Assembly (NCBI GenBank): GCA_964016885.1
Contig: OZ024743.1
Span: 28,396,001-28,460,000 of the forward strand
Origin: Eledone cirrhosa
Lineage: Eukaryota
DNA length: 64,000 nucleotides
Direction: 5' to 3'
The notes beneath the pieces are model-generated. The model did not search any database. It was not told where the DNA came from and worked only from the letters and a program-made list of their open reading frames with translations. Position numbers and translations under genes: made by a program. Shown here piece by piece: positions 52,346 through 64,000 of this stretch (positions are counted from its first letter, which is position 1; every line of letters begins with the position of its first letter).

Positions 52346-52999
52346 GCATGTAATAACTGCATATACAAATATAGAAACATATACACATGAAGACATATAA
52401 CTTAAAACATACAGATTCACACATGCCCTAACACTCATACCTGTACACACATAGATAAACCTATACAAACATTCATACGTATTTACCTAGCTGATAATGA
52501 AAGAGTCTTGATTCTATTACACACAGGCTTTTTTCTCTTTGTAACCATTTATAATAAAACCAGAAAAGCATACATACATGCATACATACATATATACATA
52601 CATACATACGCGGTAAGATTACATACAATTATTCTACATAAGTGTTTGAACTGTAAGTGTGTTGTAAAACACCTATTTATATGAACGATACATACACTTA
52701 TGATATATGAACGATACATACACTTTAACATATAAATGCAACGTTGTTATATTACATTTATAAAGAAATATGCAGGTAACGCTTTCGATTCAGAAACAAA
52801 AATATAAGTGTTTGAACTGTGAATATGTTGTGAATAAGTTGTAGAACACCGATTTATATGAATGATACATAAACTTTAACATATAAATACAGCGTTGTTA
52901 TATTATATTACATTCATAAAGAAATATACTAAGTAACGGTTCTTTTTGTTCTCGATTCAAATGATTCAAGAACAACGTTTAAAACACAGTTGTAGAATT

Positions 53000-55900
53000 A
53001 AAAGCTAACTGAAAAGAAATATTACCCAAGCTGTGAATAACTTTAAATTTGATTCTGACGGAACTTTGTCGAAACTTTTAAAGAAGATCATCGACTATTT
53101 TGAAAAATAAATACGAAATATTAGTGAATAGACGAACTCATCATGGCAAAAAGTACAAGTCTCCTTCGACCAAGTCGCAACTACAACCGTTGTATACAGT
53201 GGAGCTACGAGCTTAACAAAGAATTATATGAAGCATACAAACAAACTGAACCACAAAAGTTCGGTTTTATACAAAGGCAAAACACTTTATGGAACTCCAA
53301 ACACCCAGTATTAGACTTTTCTCCAAAGCATTTAAATGAACAGGCAAAACGTATCATTAGATGTAAATTGATACATCTAACGGAATTGAGTGATACAAAT
53401 ACAGCCCTTGTAGACAAACACCCCATCTCTCTGACAGACAAAGAGAATGGCCAGCTAAATCTAACAGTGAACAGATCACCAACAATTTTGCTGAAATCCA
53501 TCCCACTTCCACTGAAGAACAGCGAGAATGGTCAGCTAACTCTAGTAGTAATTGTCACCACATCAACAATGAGGCTGAAATTCATGACTCTACTGTACAA
53601 ACAGAGCACCAAAAACTTGTGGAACCTTACAAGTGATATGGGACGATATGTTTCAAGAGATACACAGCCTTAATGTGAGTGACAGACCATACAACACCAT
53701 AATCAGTAAAGAACCCACTATGTTTTGGAATTGGAAGCGGTGAATGAAATATCTGGCAATTATCTGAAGGCTATACGATCTAAAGGTGTAGCAACGACAT
53801 TTGAAACGCTTAATATTTTGTTATATGTTTCAGCTGTCACATTGCTATCATATAACACACATCTAAAACCACGCAATCAAGATACAAACAAAAAGCCTGA
53901 ACCAGCGTGGATGCGAAATTTAAAAAGCAAAATTTTGTCCCTGAGACGAAGTATCTCACACATCGCAGTCGTTATGAAATGCAACATACAGAGCAACTTC
54001 ACACGACACCAGGAAGACCTACAAAATTTAAAACTTTGAACTCCAAACTACATCAGTTGAAACAACAACTCACAGCTACAACAGAAAGACTAAAATATAA
54101 GTCAACAGCACATAAACGACAAGAACTGCCCAGATGGTTATCAACTCCCAGTACTCTCCTCATTCCCCAAAATAGCCAAACCACTCTTGCTAAAAATTAC
54201 CGCCCAATAGCCTGCCAAAACATCATGTATAAATTATATACTGGGTGCCTTAACCTGTTTTTACAGGATCACTGTGCTACCAATAACATCATAACACCTG
54301 AGCAAGCTGGTGGCAAGAGGGAAGTGTGGGGTTGCATAGATCACCTACTAACTAATAAAATGATTCAAGAAAAAACAACAAAGAATCGCAGAAACATGAC
54401 TGTGGTGTGGCTGGACTATCAAAAAGCATTTGATAGTGTACCTCATGTGTGGATTGTTAAGGCTTTACAGTTAGCCAAAGTCCCACAACCACTGGTAGCT
54501 GCTGTTGAACGTCTGACCAAGAACTGGTACACCAATTTGATCCTTAGAGGTGAGAAGGAGCAAGTTAAGACTGATAGGATACATTACCAGAAGGTCATCT
54601 TTCAGGGTGATAGCTTGTCAGTGCTACTCTTCGTTCTCTCACTAAATCCACTATCTTACCTACTCAGGAAACAAGGTGGACAAAGAAGTGGGTCCAGAAG
54701 TATCTCCCATCTTTTCTTTGTTGATGACCTGAAGTTGTATGGGCCAAATATCAATGACATCAAGAAACAATTGGACCTCATTACACAATTTTCAACAGAC
54801 ATCAAAATGAAATTTGGTGAGTCCAAGTGTGCATATTTGGCAGTAAAACGTGGAAGAGCTGTGCCCTCCTCTAGAAATCTAGAGATGAACGGCTTGACAA
54901 TACAACCTCTACAGTCAGGTGACAACTACAGATATCTTGGACAGGATGAGAATGTCAGATATGATGGACCCATAAATAAGGAGAGAACCAGAACTGAATA
55001 CCTCAGAAGAGTAAAGAAAATATGGTCATCAGAACTGTCAGCGTACAACAAATACATTGCCCACAATACTTATACTGTGCCAATTCTAACGCCAACATTT
55101 GGCCAGCTGAACTGGTCATTGCAAGAACTAAGTGAGATGGATGTTAGAACTCGCAAACTTCTCAGTGTTACTGGGAACTTTAACATCAATGGTGATGTGG
55201 ATAGGCTATACTTCTCACGCAAGGAAGGTGGCCGGGGTCTAAAATCCATATTAACAACATATGAGACCCGGATAGTAACACTGAATCAACACCTTCAACA
55301 GAGGAAATAGGTTGGCAACCATCTTGCCCAGGTTTATGAGCATGAAAAAAAAAAATCATTATAATAGCGACTGATCTGGAGGAGAGATATGGAATAAAGC
55401 ATGATATAAATCTCTCACCCAGAGAAATCGGAAGATCCTATTCAATGTTCAAACAAGATGAAAAAATTGACCAATTTACAGAAAAAGTTGTGTATGGATA
55501 CTTGAGACGTAAAACACAGACCATAGAGGGGATAAACCACTCAAAAAGCCTGGCATGGAGTTCCGACAAGTTTATGACATCACACCTTGAGGGATATCTC
55601 TATGCAATACAGGAACAAGAACTCCCTACCAAATATCTGCTGCACAAAAAGGGGAGGGCCAGCAGCTGACAATAAATGTAGGCTATGTAAAACAAAGATC
55701 GAGGATGTAAGCCACATTGTTGCCAGCTGCGAAATAATGTCATCTCGCTACTACCTTCCCATGCGACACGATGGGATAGCTAGAACCATCTGGAACGCAC
55801 TTCGGAAAACAAAATTAACAACAAACGAGGAAGAATATATTGAGACAGATAGCACTAAGGAATAGTGGTGGAACCTGAAAATAAAAACTGCCACCAAATT

Positions 55901-56345
55901 AAAGCACAACCGGCCTGATATTGTTGTTTGGGACCACACATTAAAAACGTGTTCTGTTGTGGAGATCAGCTGCCCACTTGATGTAAACGTTGTCAGAAAA
56001 ATACAGGAGAAGGAGGACATCTACGGACCATTGATGAGGAGTTTACAAATCCAGTATCCAAGATACATCTTTAGCTTCATACCCATCCTTATTGGTTATA
56101 TACGGGTTATATACGGGTTATATACGAACTCGCTTGGACCAAAATATGACTGAACTTGAATTTGCGGACAAAAAGCGCAGCTCCCTAATTCATAGTCTAC
56201 AAATGGCTGCGATAGCTGGCACCTTCAAAATTTGCAAAACATTCTTGCGATTCAAGGGATGACAATTTCTTTTCTTTTACAACCTTGCCACCAGGATGGT
56301 GGCCGGTCAAAAAAATATACTCGAAATTAAGAGAAAGAGATAACA
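53000..56345 (+). mobile_element. Second R4/Dong-type RLE retrotransposon, frameshifted, with an internal deletion before RT
   Basis: NYRPIAC, WLDYQKAFDSVPH, IFQGDSLS, FFVDDLK, RKEGGRG, CRLC..HIVASC, RHD, HNRPDI and EISCP. The WKxPGxD segment is missing at ~54120. Confidence 0.9.
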
Positions 56346-56656
56346 TACATACATACATTTGTGTTTCGATATTTAAAACAAATTGAATTTTGAAATAAAA
56401 CATTATGTGAGGCTAAAAAGACCAACATACCTTGTTTTATTCTAATCCATGCGGAAGAAATTACATTATATACACATATACACATTCCAGACATGAATGG
56501 TATTAATGACGCATGAATTCCAAGTTACCTTTGTAATAAATTACACCTATACACAATTGCCATCTCTCTCTCTTTCTCTCTCTCTTTCTCTTTCTCTCTC
56601 CATACGTATATATATGTATGTGTGTATATATATATAATTTCGTTTCATTCTATTCC

Positions 56657-56734
<78 letters not shown>

Positions 56735-56842
56735 GGAATAGAATGAAACGAAATTTCATTTCTCACTCTTAGTACGGCACTTACTTAAATGTAAGTATGT
56801 ATGTATACGTACATACATATATGTATACAGACGTACAGTAGC

Positions 56843-56883
<41 letters not shown>

Positions 56884-57567
56884 CAGGCACACATATATAT
56901 ATGCACGTATCAGTTTACCGGACATTTATTATAATGTTCGCTTTGTTCGTTTGTAAACAAACGAACAGCCGTACAGTGTTTAGGCAACCACGTCACCTTT
57001 TTGTTCAACACTGACACAGGAACGGTGTACTAATTTCAAGCTTGTTAGCTATCGTCAGCACCGTATACCTTTCTGCCAGATGGTTGAACGTCCGAAAGTA
57101 TATAAGGAAAGTCCGAAAGTATATAAGGAAAGTATATACTTTCGGACGTTCAATATTTCATCAGTTTATGCTTTTACTTTTTAATTTGGCGTTAATTGTT
57201 TAAGTAGATTCCTTTCTCTGCTACCGCTTTTGTGGTTACTGTCTTTCACAATTAGCCGAAAGGCTAGCTTAAATGTTTACAATATTGAAAGTCTCAAATT
57301 TCAAGGAGAAATAAATAAAGGGGTGGGGAATAAAATTTATATAAAAGGAGCGGACACTGAACTTTTTTCTATAAGGGAAATAATAATAAAAAAATTTTTT
57401 ATTTATTAATTATAAACGTGGAAAAGCCGAATGTTCTATGATCGGAGTTTGTAGCAACACACGACTACTGCTATTACTGCTACAACAACAACAACAGCAA
57501 AGACTGTTGCTGCTGCTGCTGCTACTACTACTACTAATACTACTACTACTACTACTATTACTACTAT

Positions 57568-57608
<41 letters not shown>

Positions 57609-57609
57609 T

Positions 57610-58580
57610 TGCATGTAGGTCAATACAAAAGACAAGGACAGTGGGTATTTACAAACAAATGAAAACGTCTAAACAAATAAAACAGCTAACACTAAACTAT
57701 AAATTAATATCAATAAAAATCCCTCAATAGTGGAGCCCCACCCAGAGGTATTTAAGAAAGCCCACAGATCCTAAAACACCCTAATACTCAAGAAACTCTC
57801 TAGCTTACAAGCACATGTTTCGAGTAGGCGCTTTCACTAGGGCCATCCTAGTTACAGTCACCCACCTTTATATAAAATGTATGAGGAGGGGGGGCATTAC
57901 TTCCCTCTCCACCCTCACCTTCCTTTCCAAGTAGAAATTGAAGACGTCGACGAGGATTTAGCCGAAGAGGAAAATGTCTGTCTTAAATCTATTCACACCT
58001 ATCCACTACATAACCTCTCTCTCCACAGTCACAAGACAGTAGGAAACTGCCTGTCCTTTCCGGCAAAAATAAGGCGTCACGGAGATCTTCGGCGATCTTC
58101 GGCGATCTTCGGGATGGAGTCGATCGAAATCCGGATCCATCCAACGCGCGACAATTTTGCAGCAAATCTCCTCAAGCTTCGTCGCTCTGTGTACATCTCG
58201 GGCTGCTCCGTCTGACAACACTTCGATGTCTGTAGAATTTGTCTCGGACCGGCAATGCTCCACTGGCTAGTTCTTTCTTGCCAACGCCTAGATACTCTAC
58301 GAGAGCGTCGTCGCACTTGCGAACAACTAGTGCTCTATAGAATGCTAGAGTGGAGTTTCCACTGACCGCATTGCCCGACTGGCAGAGGGCTGTGACCGCC
58401 AGACAACATTCCAGAGGCCAGGCACCCAGTCTCCGTCTTTGCTTAACCCCAAACTGCAACTCTGTGAAAGAGATGGGTGCGGAAAAAGGTGCATGATAAA
58501 GTGTGACCACATCTGTTCACTGGTTCGGGATATCTGGATATGACGTAACCTCAACACATGTCTGATAGACCGCCACACCA
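57610..58580 (-). mobile_element. 5'-truncated, eroded L1/Tx1-type LINE 3' end
   Basis: ALPVRDKFYRH..CTQSDE and FYLERKVRVER are homologous to 6977-7903. The 3' end abuts (CTA)n. Confidence 0.75.
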
Positions 58581-59563
58581 GAAGAACCTACAATTTGTAC
58601 AAAAAGTTGAAGAGCAGGCGCTCCTACTTGGTAACGGTGGCGGTGGTGGTGGTGGTCGTCGTATTGGTGGTGTTGGCATTTGTAGATCATGAGGCTACTA
58701 TTGTTGTTGCTTTTTGTCGTTATTATTTTATTTTGTTGTTCTTGTGGTGGTAGTGGGGGTGGTAGTGGTGGAGGTGGTAGTGGTGGAGGTGGTGGCGTTG
58801 ACATTTTTAGCAGCGGGAAATTTGATTCACAATTTACCCATACTGTGATGTTGTTGTTATTGTTGCTATTGCTGCTGTGTTTTACAATTTTGCCATTCCA
58901 TTCCGTAGATGGCCAGCTGTTCCTGTCAACAGACGTACACTTCTCGTCCAGCACCTTGTGTTTTCTTTTTCACGCAATACTTAAGAGGTGTGTTTGATAA
59001 ACAAATTCCGGTTGAGCCTCTAAGGTCTACAGGTAGAGCTAAACTAACCAGCTCACCAAGATTCTAGTTAATTTAAATACAAAACAGTCACAATCAGACA
59101 ATATGATAGTTTGAATAACTGTGAAAATAGGGCAAACCTACGTAGTGGTGAGACAGTAAGCAGTAATAATAAGTATAATATCCCCTTTCCATGAGAATAT
59201 ACAAAGTTAGCGTCAATATAATCTGGTTAGAAAGTAAAACATTTCCAAATCAACAACAATCACGATAGTTTACGGCTACATGTTTTATGAATAATGAACA
59301 ATAAGGTATTAGCATACGATATTTAAGGTGTGATTGATTGCTTGTTAGTGGCATCTATAATGTGAATTTCGCTTTTGAGTGAGGAAGCCCAGCATACATT
59401 CATTAGCATTTAGTCTATCTTAAATTGTGCTCCTTCACATCCTCGTAGCAGTTGAAATTCAAATCTGCGCTGTCAGCTGTACCTATATAAAAATAAGTTG
59501 ATTCAGTTTTAGGATTCTTTCAGTTTGAACGTAAGATTTAGAGTTTTGTCTGCATGCAATAAT

Positions 59564-59745
59564 TGTTTCTACTTTTGGCACAAGGCCAGCAATTATACCA
59601 GTGCATTACTCGTGCTTTATTTTATCAACCCCGTAAGGATGAAAAGCAAAGTTAACATCGGCGGGATTTGAACTCAGACCGTAAAGGGACGTAACTCTAT
59701 GCTGCAAAGTATGGCGTCCGATCATCTACCGATACTGCCATTCCG
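59564..59745 (-). mobile_element. tRNA-derived SINE
   Basis: Same family as 13485-13669. Confidence 0.85.
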
Positions 59746-60466
59746 ACTTCATACAATAATGCTCCTGGCATATTATAAGCCTTCTTAATCGATAACACCA
59801 TCTGGCTTTGTTGTAAGCTGTCAGACATCCAGAATTAATTTCCCCTTTTTAATATATATTGCAGATTTGTTTTGCCTCTCCTCACATTCAGTACCAAAGA
59901 ACTCCCATACATAAAAATATATGTTTGTATATATTTATCTTACATGATTTCGCAATATTTTGTTGATTTCTTTTCCTTTTTTTTTTTTATATTCCGTTTA
60001 TAATTTAACCGTATTCAAATTCAGTATATTTAATTAAAAAATCTCTTTTGTCCATACGATAACGAAATTTTCCAAATTTTCATCGTGATTCCTTCTCAAC
60101 AGGTTTGCATATTTTATAGTTAGTGCACTGGCACGAATTTGCATTTATAATAAGATTTTAATATGTTTAGCTTCAAAATCTAATCACATGTATACTTTAT
60201 TCAATAATATTTATGGCTTACGCACGGGGAATTTTCTGCACACAATTTCATCGTATGATTTTCTCTTCGGAACTGTTTATGTTTTATATTTTGTAGTTAA
60301 CATCTTTGCACGAATTGCATTTTTTAAATAGTTTTAATATGTTTTATTTTGCAATCTAATCGCGTCAATACTTAATTCAATAAATTTAGGGCTCGCATTA
60401 CCTTTCACAATACAAGCATATTTTCTGCATATATTGCTGTTGATGTTGATATTATTATTATTATTT

Positions 60467-61018
60467 GCTTTATGGCATAGAGTTACGGACCTTTAATTTC
60501 GGAGTTCAAATCTCGTCCAGGTTAGCTTTGCCTTTCATCCTAAGGGTTCGATAAAATAAAGTTCCAGTAATGCAATGGGTTGATTTAATCGACTTTCCCA
60601 TCCCCCATAACTGTTAGCCTTGTGTCTAAATCAGAAACGGTGAATTGGCAGTATCGGTAGAGGGTTGGATGCCATGCTTTCTAGCATAATTACGTCCCGT
60701 CGAGGTTAACTTTACCTTTCATCCTTACGGGGTCGATAAAATAAAGTACCAGTAATGTACTGGATAATTGCTGGCCTTGTGCCAAAAGTAAAAACAATTA
60801 TTATTATTATTGATTGGCAGTATCGGTAGAGCGTCAGACAACATGCTTAGCAGCATAGAGTTACGGTCCTGTACGTTTTGAGTTAAAATCACGCCGAGTT
60901 TAGCTTTGCCTTTCATCCTTACGGGGTCGATAAAATAAAGTACCAGTAACACAATGGGGTCAATGTAATCGTTTTTCCTCTCTCCCCAAATTTTTGGCTT
61001 TGTGCCTCTAGTAGAAAG
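60467..61018 (+). mobile_element. Three tandem SINE copies (~60467-60638, 60639-60795, 60811-61018)
   Basis: Core TTT.CCTTTCATCCT.A.GGG.TCGATAAAATAAAGT occurs three times. Confidence 0.85.
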
Positions 61019-61364
61019 CATTATAAATCAGATATATAATCCCATTCTCGGTTGTATTAGGAACCGGGTGATTATGTAATTTCATATTCAATTTTCAAAA
61101 CTCTTTCGCCTTACATTCTATGGTATTCTCAATGACTATTCTCTGTTGTCTCTTCGTTTTAATTAAGTTCTCTTTATTCCATTTTATTTTAGCTGTCATG
61201 TATTTGAAGTATGCATATGTGTCTATGTGTGTTTGCATATGTGTGTCTCTTTGTATAATTCTACTTCCGCAAGCTTCCATGCTTAGCATGTACTTGCGTG
61301 TATGTATGTGTGCCCATATTAGTGCACAATTGTGTGTGTGTGTGTGTGTATGTGGGTGTGTGTT

Positions 61365-61440
<76 letters not shown>

Positions 61441-62149
61441 AGTCTTTATATTTTGTTCTTTCTCCAGGCTTTTCACTATGCCCGTATTTCTATTTAGCTG
61501 CATAAGTAGTTTATTTGTATTTGTGTATGCTCTGGTAAATCACCCACAAGGCTTCGTGTATTTTACTTATCTATGTGCTTATGGATATGTATGCAATTGA
61601 TTGCATCTCTATGCTTGTTCTGATGCCTGTCAGTGCGCCCAATCTTATGTGTCATACTATGTTCTCTCTTCATTCCACTAGCCTGTAAATAGTTACTATT
61701 CTATTCCTGCTTTCTATTAAGTGTCGGTTTATGTCTGTTTGTGAAGTGCTGTGCATTTATTCATGTGTGTCATAATATTTGTCATCAGTCACTAGGCTGC
61801 GGGATTGTCAATAATCCATTCTTGTTTTCTATTGTGTGGGGGTTATTTTCTATAATATGGATGGCTTCTTTAATCTCTCTTTATGCTGCGTCGGTATGTA
61901 TGTAGATATTATTTTTATAACGGAGTTTTATAGTGAATCACCGTGTTTTTTATATGCAGGTGTCTCGGTGTGTGTGTGTTGAAGGACGGATTTCGAGATT
62001 GGTGAGCCCGCGTGTTCAGATAGTAACCCCCCCCCCTCACACACACACACAAAATAGCTATATCAACAACAAGAGCATTATGAACATTCACTGCTAAGGG
62101 AACATTCCCTGTTAAGGGAACATTCCTCGCGAGCCACATTAAAAGCTTC

Positions 62150-62590
62150 TCCACTTTGCTTAATGGGTTTTATCCCTCTTCCCATGGCTTTCATTTCCTC
62201 CTCCATTAACCCCAGGCAAACCTTTCTTGATCTTTCTATTTACCTACCGCAACATTCATACCCACACAGTCACTTCCGCTGTTCTTTATTCTTTAAAACA
62301 TGACCGAACCACCTCATTCCATTTTTCACCAGAACATTTATCAGTGACTCTGTTCCTAGCATGCTCTGTAACTCATTGTTCGCCTTCTTCTCTTTGAGCG
62401 ATATATCACTGCTTCTTCAAGTCATTCGCATTTCCGTTCTTTCCAGCCTTCCTTAGTGTTTCATGTATATAAAATATGTTTCACTTCCCTGCTTCATGTC
62501 ACATCTCACTCATGCTACATACACATTTGACTCTCCCCAAGTTAGCACGCCACTCCGTTTCCGGAACTCCTTTCAATGTTTCTGGAAGGA
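62150..62590 (-). mobile_element. Eroded RTE/BovB-like LINE 3' fragment
   Basis: Minus-strand GSETY, RLERTEMRM and MRWFGHVLK. Confidence 0.7.
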
Positions 62591-63897
62591 CCTTTATACC
62601 CAACAACTAAAGTAAACGCCTGTAACTGGAAATGAAATATACACACATATACAAACTATATTTATTTGGGGCTGGTTTTCAAGTTTACGTTTTAAATTTT
62701 CAGAACTCTTAGCTATAACATTATTATCCAAATCTTCAACAGTATTGCAAATATGTTCACGTTGGTTTGATGCATGTCAGCAATGATACTTTCCTTGATA
62801 AGGTACAGTATTTTCATTGGTTTGATTTCACAATTAGTAAGCGACAAATGTAGAAGGACAAGTTCAGTAAATTTATGTTTTATATCATTGCACGTTGACA
62901 CCAATTCCACCATAAGTTATTAACATACACGAATATTAAGATTTTATAAAAATTCTATAATATTCATGATTTTAAATCAATAAAAATAGCCATACAGAAA
63001 AATGTGAGAAGATATGACACCCAACTGTACACTACTACAACACTAAAACAATTGGGACAGGCTGAAATATTAATGGCTCTACTGGGGCTGACAGAGAGGC
63101 TAAGGCAATGGAATAGCTTAGCAACCTCACGAGAATAACGTGATACTTCAGTAGAATGAACCATCAACAATGACAAAAACTATGTTATCATCGGTCTAGT
63201 TTCCCAGAACGTTCTGAATGTCACAGATTGAAAAAAGTAATTTATCAATAAATCATGGCATTTCAGTAATTCATTGTGTTCAGCTATGAATGCAACATTA
63301 CCACCTCCACCACAGAATCTAGGATGTGAGGAATGAATGTGTCGATGACAGTAGTGTCTACCTAATATATAACTAATTTTCTTATTATTAAGCTAGTGCT
63401 TAGAACACACCTAACAAAATTTCCTTTGTAAAATTAGGATGGAAGTGTTTTAGATAAATATAGATATATTAAAACTAAGAGTTTGGGACTGTAGAACCTG
63501 TGGCAGTTTCAGGTGGTTTGGTATCAAAGCTGTTAATAAATTTTCAAACTATACTTTATCTAGGTTGGATTTCACAGTTCAACAATTAAAATTTATATAT
63601 GCTACTGACAACTGTATATTTTATTAAATCTGATTTAGAAAGTAGACTTAAAAAACAGTCTGATGTATGGAAAATAATTTACATACGTTTTACCAGCCAT
63701 TTTGAGAGAAATGTTAGTATTGGTTTTGATTTGCTACGTCTATAAATATAATAGAGAGAGAAAGGGAGATAGTAAGGGAGATATGGAAGGAAATACAACA
63801 GAGACGGAAGAGAGTGAGGCGGTTCATCGTTTCAAATAATGGAAATGAGTATAGTAATTATGTACGTAGACAAACGCAAGCATATAACTCACACATC

Positions 63898-63969
<72 letters not shown>

Positions 63970-64000
63970 TTTCTGAATTTGTTTATCTGAAAACGTGTGT

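Noticed and set aside
52638-52960. Short diverged tandem duplications (also 2005-2109 and 60110-60394)
   Set aside because: AT-rich local duplications with no ribozyme core or other structure.

Overview
AT-rich, microsatellite-dense eukaryotic intergenic or intronic DNA. The SINE family suggests a cephalopod such as octopus (inference). No convincing host gene was found, and almost everything recognisable is retroelement-derived: L1/Tx1-type LINE pieces, two near-complete and one eroded R4/Dong-type RLE elements, RTE remnants, many copies of one tRNA-derived SINE, a hAT MITE, a deleted Ty3/Gypsy element, and several Penelope-like (probably Naiad-type) RT/GIY-YIG elements, one flanked by ~1.4-kb inverted repeats. 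The most notable signal is non-coding. Two families of ~615-bp and ~690-bp ORF-less tandem repeats sit in (TA)n tracts. Each unit carries a type I hammerhead ribozyme with large stem insertions and compensatory base changes, and the ~615-bp family has a non-canonical U3 core with an A·A mismatch. Two arrays end at or near the predicted self-cleavage site. Together with further hammerheads, a shared TTGAG(T/C)(G/A)C motif and many fold-back palindromes, this suggests a retrozyme-like, possibly circular-RNA, non-autonomous system parasitising the local Penelope-like machinery. All RNA structures were folded by eye and have not been tested.
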